Shown here piece after piece: positions 41,343 to 52,689 of a stretch of DNA of 64,000 nt. Positions within the stretch are counted from its first letter, which is position 1; every line of letters begins with the position of its first letter. The notes under the pieces were generated by a model that worked only from the letters and a program-made list of their open reading frames with translations, was not told the DNA's origin and made no database searches. The position numbers and the translations under genes were made by a program. The stretch spans positions 23,064,001-23,128,000 of the forward strand of contig NC_134470.1 in NCBI RefSeq assembly GCF_964194025.1, written 5' to 3'. The stretch comes from Convolutriloba macropyga (Eukaryota).

Positions 41343-44300
41343 ATTTTTTCCAATGTGAATGTTCAGAGTCCAATATGACTTCCCATATAAATTGCAGTCA
41401 CGAAATCTTTTTGAATAAATTTTCGCTTTTTTGTTTTAATGGTTATTATTGGTAGAGATTTATCTAGAGTTCTTCATTTTTTTCAGCTGTTCTATAAAAA
41501 AAAGAATTGTTCAGATAAATTTTGAACCTGTGATCTTGGAAATTGATTGGTTGTGTTCGTTTATGTATGTGGAAACTTGCAATCGGAAGCTTTGAGCTTT
41601 GATTGCTAGATTTTCTTTGGTGCTGGAATCGAAAATTGAACGTAAGTCAATTCTTTGCTGAACTCCTAAAACGTTATGGCCGATTCTAAGATTTGAATTT
41701 TAGTATTTAGATCCGAAAAAAACCTCTGCAAACCGCAGGTTCATTGAGGCGGCGATGTTAAATTTTTCCTAAATTTGATAATTAACATAAGGGATCATTT
41801 TATAGAGGATAACGAAAAAGAGTTGAAAACTCTATCCAGAATTTCTGTTTTTATTTGAATAGATATATATTTTTATCTGCTGCAGCCCTGATTTGCAAAA
41901 TTGTTATGACTTGAGACTCACACTGGAATTTATTGTCATTTTTTATGCCGCCAAGGTGTTTGCATTTGCTGTTTTCAACAACAGTTTTATTGTCAACATG
42001 CCAATAAAGTTTTGTGGCTAAGTATTTGAATGTTCTATTTCGTCTGAAAAAAATAAGCAATCATCTGCTATTTGTTTAATTTTTGTTTATTAAGATTTGT
42101 TGCTTAGGATTGAGGTCGTTAATATATCAATTAAACATTAATGGACCAATCAAAGTCCCCTGGGAACTCATAGTTGCATTTGGCACCAACCAGAGTAAAC
42201 ATTATTGACGCATACTTGTTGAAACTAATTGGTTAGAAAACTTTCACTTAAATTTTTTGCCGAAGGGTTAGATTCTACTTCATTCAGTTTTTATTAGCTT
42301 TAATGGAAAAATAGAATCAAATTTTTTGATAAGGCCAATAGAGATGCATGTATTTTTTCATTATCAATTTATTTTGAATTGACTCCGCCAATAAGGGTAG
42401 AGCATTGCTAGTTGATATTTTGTTTTGTAAATCCTAACTGTTTACTAGTCGTTACGTTATACCTCAAAAGATAACCAGATTTTTTTGGTTCATTTTTTCA
42501 CAAAAACTTTGAAAAAATTGTTAGCTGTTGATTTAGACCTGTAGTTAATATTTTTTTGCGGTTCACTATTAAAGAGTGGTAAAGTTCAAAATTTTCAATT
42601 GGACGAGAATGATTGGTTGTCTTGAATTTGTATTGAATGGTTAATTAAATGGGAAGCAATTACGCACAATGCATCTTTGCTTGACCATGTAGGAAATGTG
42701 CATGGAATTTAAAAGTTTGCTTGGATTCAACAACAATAGTGAGGAAAGTCTGCAGCCCACATCAATGTTTTGCAACGAAAAAGAAGATTTTGCTTAGGCG
42801 TGCTCATTTTAAGAAGAGATACAGTACTTACAAAAACTGGTTTATTTACTAAAACTGAAAAAAATATTCTCACGAATTATAAATAAGAAGCTAATTAATG
42901 AAGCTAAAAAACGTTTGGGAAAATTATCAGAACATAAAAAACAAAAGAAGATTTATCAACGAAATAAGATTTCTTCAATTTATAACTATTTGTTATCATT
43001 TAGTCCAAGGAGTTCTTTAGCGCTGTAATTTCAGCAGAAAAATCTAAGGAGCTTTCATTTCGTTGATAAATGTTGTAGTTCTTGGAAAACGTTTTTTAGC
43101 TTGATTGTTTTGCCTCTCATTTCTAGTTTTTGAGAAGCTTTGATTTTATCCTAAGTAATTGAACTAGTTAGTGTAAGTTCTGTATCTTTCAAAAACAGCA
43201 AATTTTTGCTGAGGGTTTTTGGAAGCCAAAAATCATTCAGAACCGAATCTCTTGCCTTTTAAATGGCTCAGTGATTTCTTAATTCTGATTAAATTAATTT
43301 CCCTGGATGCATGCTCATCTAGTGTCATATTTATGATATTAATAAAAAATTAAAGTTTAACTTCAATAATAAAACAGAAAAACAACAACATATGTCATCA
43401 TCAAGAAGCTAAAGGGGACCAGAATTTGATTGCACATTAATTTTTTCAATGTGAATGCTCAGAGTCCAATATGACTTCCCGTATAAATTGCAGTCACGAA
43501 GATCTTTTTGAATAAATTTTCTCTTTTTTGTTTTAATGGTTATTATTGGTAGAGATTTATCTAGAGTTCTTCATTTTTTTCAGCTGTTCTATAAAAAAAA
43601 GAATTGTTGAGATAAATTTTCAACTCGTGATCTTGGAAATTGATTGGTTGTGTTCGTTTATGTATGTGGTAACTTGCAATCGGAAGCTTTGAGCTTTGAT
43701 TGCTAGATTTTCTTTGGTGCTGCAATCGAAAATTGAGCGTAAGTCAATTCTTTGCTGAACTCCTAAAACGTTATGGCCGATTCTAAGATTTGAATTTTAG
43801 TATTTAGATCCGAAAAAAACCTCTGCAAACCGCAGGTTCATTGAGGCGGCGATGTTAAATTTTTCCTATATTTGATAATTAACATAAGGGATCATTTTAT
43901 AGGCGATAACGAAAAAGAGTTGAGAACTCTATCCAGAATTTCTGTTTTTATTTGAATAGATATATATTTTTATCTGCTGCAGCCCTGATTTGCAAAATTG
44001 TTATGACTTGAGACTCACACTGGAATTTATTGTCATTTTTTATGCCGCCAAGGTATTTGCATTTGCTGTTTTCAACAACAGTTTTATGGTCAACATGCCA
44101 ATAAAGTTTTGTGGCTAAGTATTTGAATGTTCTTTTTCATCTGAAGAAAAAAAGCAATCATCTGCTATTTGTTTAATTTTTGTTTATTAAGATTTGTTGC
44201 TTAGGATTGAGGTCGTTATTATATCAATTAAACATTAATGGACCAATCAAAGTCCCCTGGGAACTCATAGTTGCATTTGGCACCAACCAGAGTAAACATT

Positions 44301-45540
44301 ATTGACGCATAGTTGTTGAAACTAATTGGTTAGAAAACTTTCACTTAACTTTTTTGCCGAAAGGTTAGATTCTACTTCATTCAGTTTTTATTAGCTGTAA
44401 TGGAAAAATAGAATCAAATTTTTTGATAAGGCCAATAGAGATGCATGTATTTTTTCATTATCAGTTTATTTTGAATTGACTCCGCCAATAAGGGTAGAGC
44501 ATTGCTAGTTGATATTTTGTTTTGTAAATCCTAACTGTTTACTAGTCGTTACGTTATACCTCAAAAGATAACCAGATTTTTTTGGTTCATTTTTTCACAA
44601 AAACTTTGAAAAAATTGTTAGTTGTTGATTTAGACCTCTAGTTAATAATTTTTTGCGGTTCACTATTAAAGAGTGGTAAAGTTCAAAATTTTCAATTGGA
44701 CGAGAATGATTGGTTGTCTTGAATTTGTATTGAATGGTTAATTAAATTGGAAGCAATTACGCACAATGCATCTTTGCTTGACCATGAAGGAATTGTGCAT
44801 GGAATTTAAAAGTTTGCTTGGATTCAACAACAATAGTGAGGAAAGTCTGCAGCCCACATCAATGTTTTGCAACGAAAAAGAAGTTTTTGCTTAGGCATGC
44901 TCATTTTAAGAAGAGATACAGTACTTACAAAAACTGGTTTAATTACTAAAACTGAAAGAAATATTCTCACGAATTATAAATAAGAAGCTAATTAATGAAG
45001 CTTAAAAACAATTGGGAAAATTATCAGAACATAAAAAACAAATGAAGATTTATCAACGAAATAAGATTTCTTCAATTTATAACTATTTGTTATCATTTAG
45101 TCCAAGGAGTTCTTTAGCGCTGTAATTTCAGCAGAAAAATCTAAGGAGCTTTCATTTCGTTGATAAATTTTGTAGTTCTTGGAAAACGTTTTTTAGCTTG
45201 ATTGTTTTGCCTCTCATTTCTAGTTTTTGAGAAGCTTTGATTTTATCTTAAGTAATTGAACTAGTTAGTGTAAGTTCTGTATCTTTCAAGAACAGCAAAT
45301 TTTTGCTGAGGGTTTTTGGAAGCCAAAAATCATTCAGAACCGAATCTCTTGCCTTTTAAATGGCTCAGTCATTTCTTAATTCTGATTAAATTAATTTCCC
45401 TGGATGCATGCTCATCTAGTGTTATATTTATGATATTAATAAAAAATTGAAGTTTAACTTCATTAATAAAACAAAAAAACAACAAAATATGTCATCGTCA
45501 AGAAGCTAAAGCGGGCCAGAATTTGATTGCACAATAATTT
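41343..45540 (-). mobile_element. Two head-to-tail ~2.1-kb near-identical copies of a decayed CR1/L2-type LINE RT fragment
   Basis: Copies start at ~41343 and ~43441 (offset ~2097). Minus strand reads IPTWSSKD..LPLF, INYRS..FKVF..KQLGF, FLTN*FQQVCVN, VPQGTLIGPLMFN*YINDL, *ADDC, KCKHLG. Confidence 0.88.
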
Positions 45541-46059
45541 TTGTTGTTAAAAAAACAAGATGTTTTTCGATTTTGGATTGGTGATCAATAATGTATTGAA
45601 AAAAAAGATGCTTCAGTTTGTTCGTCTTCAGTTATGTTTTGAACAAAATGCGTTTTTGACAGTTTCCTCTGTTACATTTCGTTAACTGTTCATTAACTGT
45701 TTTTAAGCTGATCATTCAAGTTTTGTAAACATTTTTCTTTTGAGTGTTGTTCAATTCGTTTGTAACACTCTACGCAAATTCACTCAAAACAAGTTGACAA
45801 AAATTCAACTACGCCGTCATTTTCTCACGAATAAGGCTTTTTGGTACACATGTTGCAATGCCATGTTCTTTCTTTCCTTTTTAGTTTGGTTTGCAATCTT
45901 TTCTAAACACTAACACTGATCAGTTTAACGTGTTCCATACTGAAGATTAACGTTTTCCTGACAAAAATGTTTCTGTTAACCTAAGTTTTGTATTAGTGCG
46001 AAAATGAGTCAAGAATTTTGTTAATTGAGCTTCAGTTTTTGTAATCTGTGAAATTATGG

Positions 46060-46990
46060 GCAAAAGTTTCAGATTTAGGATTTTCCTTGTTTAAAAAATG
46101 TAGAACCTGATCATACAACAAAGCAGGCCTCGAGATTTTTCCAAATCATTGCTTTGCTGGCGCTTCAAAATCGCGGTGAACAGTCCTTTCCACTATGTTT
46201 TTCTTGGATTTGATTGGCACAGAGCTATGGGAATCCAGGACAACTTCCGTATCTGTTGGTTTCTTCAACCACTAACAATTAAATTCCTTACAGCTTTTTA
46301 CATTAATCTTCATGTCTAAGAATGCTAATTTATCATTTCTTCTGTCCTCTTTATTTTGAATTTCATGTTCCTATTAAGGGTGTTGATTATTTGATCAACC
46401 AGTCCACTTCACCACTTACAGTAAAAATTTCATTGTCTATGTTTCCTTCGAATAATTGTCCTTCAGTTTCCGGTTTGCTATCTAGTTTGTTAAAATTAGA
46501 ACATTTAGATCCAGACTACACCATGTGTTTCGTTTTAGCGTAAAATTTATCATCATTATTTTGGCACTTTCCATGAAACCAATTCGACTCCTCTTGGGCT
46601 TTCTTTTTTTTAAATAATTTGTGCACTAATGTGCAAAAGTTTCAGACTCACGTGATCATACCTAAAAACATACTTCGCAGTTTTTCCAAAATCACCGTCC
46701 AAACATACGAACGTATGCAAAGCTAAAAGAAATTTAATAGTCGATATAAAATTGTGAAGTTAATCAAACGTTATCGCAATAACTTGCATAGTCAGGAGAT
46801 AACAACTTGCTAATTTAAATGTTTACAAATATGAATACAAACAGTCACATTTCTTGATTATCTATATACATTTTCAGTTTTGTTAAATTCCAACAGGTTT
46901 GCACTTTAAAATCTGTTAAAATGTTAAATATGTTAGATGAGTGCCAATTAAAAAAATATTTAGACAGAACCTGTTTTCTGCACCTGTTTT
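46060..46990 (-). mobile_element. Penelope-like element fragment (N-terminus, PHD-like segment, RT motif 5 to thumb)
   Basis: NWFHGKCQN..HMV*SGSKC..QLFEGNID..TVSGE, then KLAFLDMKINVKSCKEFNC*WLKKPTDTEVVL..KKNIVERTVHR (PLE FLD / YxKPT thumb motifs). Confidence 0.85.
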
Positions 46991-47400
46991 TTCAAGGTTA
47001 ATTTCCCGCGCTTGTACTCGTTCTACGTATTCAATTGTGGCTTGCTTCTACTAATGTGTAGAATTTCTTTGGTCATAAACTTTTCGGTATCTTTGCACTG
47101 ATCACCTGTCTTATAATTAAAGGCTGTTCGAGCCCCACAGCATTCCACAACATGCTGGCCCACCGGTAAACCAATTTTTTAATGATCCAAATCACACGTG
47201 GTTAAATATCGTCAAGTTTGGCCAAAATAGGGTGAATTGCATCCACAAGAACTGAGTTCGTAGACCATATGAGATTTCAGCTTGCTATCAATACTAGTTT
47301 TCGGGGAAGGTAAACATGTTTGTAGATTTCGCGTGGAGAAGATGGTTATATTTTCTCTCTTTTTTCAATTTTTGCTTCAATTGCCGGCAGATGTTACCTT
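46990..47400 (-). mobile_element. Penelope-like C-terminal GIY-YIG endonuclease (pseudogenised, frame preserved)
   Basis: TCLPSPKTSIDSKLKSHMVYELSSCGCNSPYFGQT*RYLTT..DH..PVGQH..EILHISRSKPQLNT*NEYKRGKLTLK = VY..YxGQT.R..R..H..E..I...P.LN signature. Confidence 0.88.
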
Positions 47401-50400
47401 GGTACTTCAGGAAAACTAATTTTTTAACATCTTTCATATGTGGTTGCTGTCCCATCTGTTGTATTTTTTTTGCCATCACTTTTAGTTGGGGTTTACTTGT
47501 AGTTTTTTATAAAGCATCGCCGATTATCCTAGATCTCCAACATTCAGGGTCTTGATTTTTAAACAAAATAATATAGATTCGATTTCAAAGTTTTGGCACA
47601 ATTTTGTCTGGTGCTGGTGCTTTTAAAACCGCGGTGAACAGTCCTTTCTACGATATTTTTTTACATTGGACTAGTTTTTAGTGTTAATTGATCATCATTT
47701 TTTTTGCATTTTGCATGGAAGCAATTCTCACATTTCTTACATTTGCCTCTTCTGAGCACTTTTTATATAATTTGTGGACTTATGTGCAAAATATTCAGAA
47801 TCACGTGATCATACCTCAAAACATACCCCGGGGTCTTTCCAACATCACTGTTTAAATACATGACGGTATGAAAGGCTTAAAAACTTTAAAGATCGTTATA
47901 AAATCGTTAAATTACTCAAACGTTTTCGCAATAACTTGCATGGTCAGGAGTTAAAAACTTGCTAATTTGAGAATTTACAAAAATGAATACATACACTAAC
48001 GTGTCTTTTCGAATATTTCTAATACACCAATAGGTTTTTACTTCGACCATTTTTGAAATGTTAAAAATGTTAAAGGAAAGCCAATTCGAATAATTCTCTA
48101 GGCCGAACATGTTTTCTGCACTTCACATTTCAGTGTTAATTCCCTTTTGTTGTAGTGGTCCTGCGGATTCAGGTATGTCTTGCATCTACTAATTTGTAAA
48201 GCTTCAGATTAATGTGTTGCTCAGATGCTTACTTCAAGTTTTTATTGAACCTGAAACAAAAACAAATATAAATAAATTTTTGTGTGGAACATGTGATTGC
48301 TATAAAACAGAGGTTAACTTCAACCCTAGCATTTTAAAATCCAACGTAATCATCTAAATATTTCGGTCTGTTTCTCAGGCGTCATCTATTTTCCACTTCA
48401 TGCTCCATTGGATTAAATGTTTTTTCGGGTGCTTTCTTGAGCCGTTCGGGCGTTTTTGGGCACTTTGGGCGCATCATCCTGTAGAAACATCTACATCTTC
48501 CGACAAAAGCGCTGTAATGGTTTCGATTGTTGGTTTCATGTGTTCTTTGTTTCTTCCAAAACAACAGCGTGCTGCTCAATCAGTTCAGTGTCTCAATAAC
48601 ATTCTGAAGACGGAGCTAAGGTACTTCAGGAAAATTAATTTTATAATATCTTTCACTTGTGGTTGCTGTCCCATCTGTTGTGTTTTTTGCCACCACTTTT
48701 AGTTGGGGTTTACTTGTAGTTTTTTATAAAGCATCGCCGATCATCCTAGATCTCCAACATTCAGGGTCTTGATTTTTAAACAAAATAACATAGATTCGAT
48801 TTCAAAGTTTTGGCACAATTTTGTCTGGTGCTGGTGCTTTTAAAACCGCGGTGAACAGTCCTTTCTACGATATTTTTTTACATTGGACTAGTTTTTAGTG
48901 TTAATTGATCATCATTTTTTTGCATTTTGCATGGAAGCAATTCTCACATTTCTTACATTTGCCTCTTCTGAGCACTTTTTTTATAATTTGTGGACTTATG
49001 TGCAAAATATTCAGAATCACGTGATCATACCTCAAAACATACCCCGGGGTCTTTCCAACATCACTGTTTAAATACATGACCGTATGAAAGGCTTAAAAAC
49101 TTTAAAGATCGTTATAAAATCGTTAAATTACTCAAACGTTTTCGCAATAACTTGCATGGTCAGGAGTTAAAAACTTGCTAATTTGAGAATTTACAAAAAT
49201 GAATACATACACTAACGTGTCTTTTCGAATATTTCTAATACACCAATAGGTTTTTACTTCGACCATTTTTGAAATGTTAAAAATGTTAAAGGAAAGCCAA
49301 TTCGAATAATTCTCTAGGCCGAACATGTTTTCTGCACTTCACATTTCAGTGTTAATTCCCTTTTGTTGTAATGGTCCTGCGGATTCAGGTATGTCTTGCA
49401 TCTACTAATTTGTAAAGCTTCAGATTAATGTGTTGCTCAGATGCTTACTTCAAGTTTTTATTGAACCTGAAACAAAAACAAATATAAATAAATTTTTGTG
49501 TGGAACATGTGATTGCTATAAAACAGAGGTTAACTTCAACCCTAGCATTTTAAAATCCAACGTAATCATCTAAATATTTCGGTCTGTTTCTCAGGCTTCA
49601 TCTATTTTCCACTTCATGCTCCATTGGATTAAATGTTTTTTCGGGTGCTTTCTTGAGCCGTTCGGACGTTTTTGGGCACTTTGGGCGCATCATCCTGTAG
49701 AAACATCTACATCTTCCGACAAAAGCGCTGTAATGGTTTCGATTGTTGGTTTCATGTGTTCTTTGTTTCTTCCAAAACAACAGCGTGCTGCTCAATCAGT
49801 TCAGTGTCTCAATAACATTCTGAAGACGGAGCTAAGGTACTTCAGGAAAATTAATTTTATAATATCTTTCACTTGTGGTTGCTGTCCCATCTGTTGTATT
49901 TTTTGCCACCACTTTTAGTTGGGGTTTACTTGTAGTTTTTTATAAAGCATCGCCGATCATCCTAGATCTCCAACATTCAGGGTCTTGATTTTTAAACCAA
50001 AATAACATAGATTCGATTTCAAAGTTTTGGCACAATTTTGTCTGGTGCTGGTGCTTTTAAAACCGCGGTGAACAGTCCTTTCTACGATATTTTTTTACAT
50101 TGGACTAGTTTTTAGTGTTAATTGATCATCATTTTTTTGCATTTTGCATGGAAGCAATTCTCACATTTCTTACATTTGCCTCTTCTGAGCACTTTTTTAC
50201 TTTTTTTTTATAATTTGTGTACTTATGTGCAAAATATTCAGAATCACGTGATCATACCTCAAAACATACCCCGGGGTCTTTCCAACATCACTGTTTAAAT
50301 ACATGACCGTATGAAAGGCTTAAAAATTTTAAAGATCGTTATAAAATCGTTAAATTACTCAAACGTTTTCGCAATAACTTGCATGGTCAGGAGTTAAAAA

Positions 50401-52678
50401 GTTGCTAATTTGAGAATTTACAAATATGAATACATACACTAACGTGTCTTTTCGAATATTTCTAATACACCAATAGGTTTTTACTTCGACCATTTTTGAA
50501 ATGTTAAAAATGTTAAAGGAAAGCCAATTCGAATAATTCTCTAGGCCGAACATGTTTTCTGCACTTCACATTTCAGTGTTAATTCCCTTTTGTTGTAATG
50601 GTCCTGCGGATTCAGGTATGTCTTGCATCTACTAATTTGTAAAGCTTCAGATTAATGTGTTGCTCAGATGCTTACTTCAAGTTTTTATTGAACCTGAAAC
50701 AAAAACAAATATAAATAAATTTTTGTGTGGAACATGTGATTGCTATAAAACAGAGGTTAACTTCAACCCTAGCATTTTAAAATCCAACGTAATCATCTAA
50801 ATATTTCGGTCTGTTTCTCAGGCGTCATCTATTTTCCACTTCATGCTCCATTGGATTAAATGTTTTTTCGGGTGCTTTCTTGAGCCGTTCGGGCGTTTTT
50901 GGGCACTTTGGGCGCATCATCCTGTAGAAACATCTACATCTTCCGACAAAAGCGCTGTAATGGTTTCGATTGTTGGTTTCATGTGTTCTTTGTTTCTTCC
51001 AAAACAACAGCGTGCTGCTCAATCAGTTCAGTGTCTCAATAACATTCTGAAGACGGAGCTAAGGTACTTCAGGAAAATTAATTTTATAATATCTTTCACT
51101 TGTGGTTGCTGTCCCATCTGTTGTATTTTTTGCCACCACTTTTAGTTGGGGTTTACTTGTAGTTTTTTTATAAAGTATCGCCAATTATCCTAGATCTCCA
51201 ACATTCAGGGTCTTGATTTTTAAACAAAATAACATAGATTCGATTTCAAAGTTTTGGCACAATTTTGTCTGGTGCTGGTGCTTCTACAACCGCGGTGAAC
51301 AGTCCTTTCTACGATATTTTTTATATTGAACTAGTGCACAGCTACAGAAATCGAAGACAACCCCGTATCAGCTGATTTTTTGTACTACACGAAAATAATT
51401 TCTTTACAGCTATTTACATTGATGTTCGTCTCTAAAAAACTAAATTGTATGTTTCTTCTGTCCTGGCCATTGTGATTTCCAAATTCGTTTTGAAGATGTT
51501 TACTTTTCTGAGCAAATTGTCCGGTTCACCACTTACTGTAAAATTTTTATCGTCTACAAATCTTTTGAATAATTGTCTTTCAGTCTCTTCTTTGCTATCT
51601 AGTTTGTTAAATTTAGAGCAATTAGAGCAAGACCACACAATGTGTTTCTTTTTTTGTATTAAGTTTGTCATCATTTTTTTTTGCATTTTGCATGGAAGCA
51701 CTTCTCACATTTCTTACATTTGCCTCCTCTTGAGAAGTTTTTTTTTAATTGTGTACTTATGTGCAAGCAATTCAGATTCACGTAATCATACCTCAAAACA
51801 TACCCCGGGGTCTTTCCAACATCACTGTCTAAATACGTGAACGTATGTAAGGCTTAAAGAATTGAAAGGTCGATATAAAATCGTTAAATTACTCAAACGT
51901 TTTCGCAATAACTTGCATGGTCAGGAGTTAAAAACTGGCTAATTTGAAATTTTACAAATATAAATACATACAATAACGTGTCTTGATTGTAATTTTACAT
52001 TTTCGAATATTTCTAATACTCCAATAGGTTTTTCCTTTGAATTTTTTTTAAAATGTTAAAAATGTTAGAGGAAAGCCAATTCGAAGAATTTTCTAGGCCG
52101 AACATGTTTTCTGCACTTAATAATTCAGTGTTAATTCCCTTTTGTTGTACTGTTCCTGCGGATTCAGTTATGTTTTGCATCTACTAATTTGTTAAGCTGC
52201 AGATTAATGTGTTCCTCAGATGGTTATTTCAAGTTTTTATTCAACATCTGAAACAAAAACAAATATAAATAAATTATTATGTGGAACATGTGATTGCGAT
52301 ACGCCTGAGAAACAGACCGAAAAACTTAGATGGTTGAGTTGGATTTTAAAAAGCTAGGTTTTATCCTAGCATTTTAAAATCCTAGCATTTTAAATTCCAA
52401 CTCAATCATCTAAGTTTTTCTGTCTGTTTCTCAGGCTTCATCTATTTTCCACTTCAAGCTCCATTGGATTAAATGTTTTTTCGGGTGCTTTCTTGAGCCG
52501 TTCGGGCGTTTTTTTGGGCACTTCGGGCGCATCCTCCTTTAGAAATTTTTACATTGTCCAACAAAAGCACTGTAATGGTTTCGTTTGTTTGTTTCATGGG
52601 TTCTTTGTTTCTTCCAAAACAACAGTTTGCTGCTCAATCAGTGCAGTGTCTGAAAAACATTCTGAAGACGGAGCTAAG
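47401..52678 (-). repeat. PLE-derived tandem array: three ~1.22-kb near-identical units plus one longer (1.6-kb) progenitor-like unit
   Basis: GGTACTTCAGGAAAA at 47401, 48620, 49836, 51063. Identical ORF peptides repeat in the track. Unit 51063-52678 retains KCKKCEKCFHAKC..VWSCSNC..LFKRFVDD, which is partly deleted in the short units. Confidence 0.93.
52303..52436. repeat. ~55-bp-arm inverted repeat (foldback/MITE-like)
   Basis: GCCTGAGAAACAGACCGAAAAACTTAGATG... pairs with ...CATCTAAGTTTTTCTGTCTGTTTCTCAGGC. Confidence 0.85.
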
Positions 52679-52689
52679 TCTCGTGTGTT

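Noticed and set aside
46760-46900. Hammerhead ribozyme expected in the Penelope pLTR
   Set aside because: No intact CTGANGA...GAAA core with pairing stems could be read; an Infernal search on a consensus is needed.
51800-51835. DVGKTPG resembling a 2A ribosomal-skip motif (DxExNPGP) upstream of the PHD
   Set aside because: It lacks the invariant E, N and final P. The paralogue at ~46680-46700 reads DGDFGKTAKY, so it is simply PLE N-terminal sequence.
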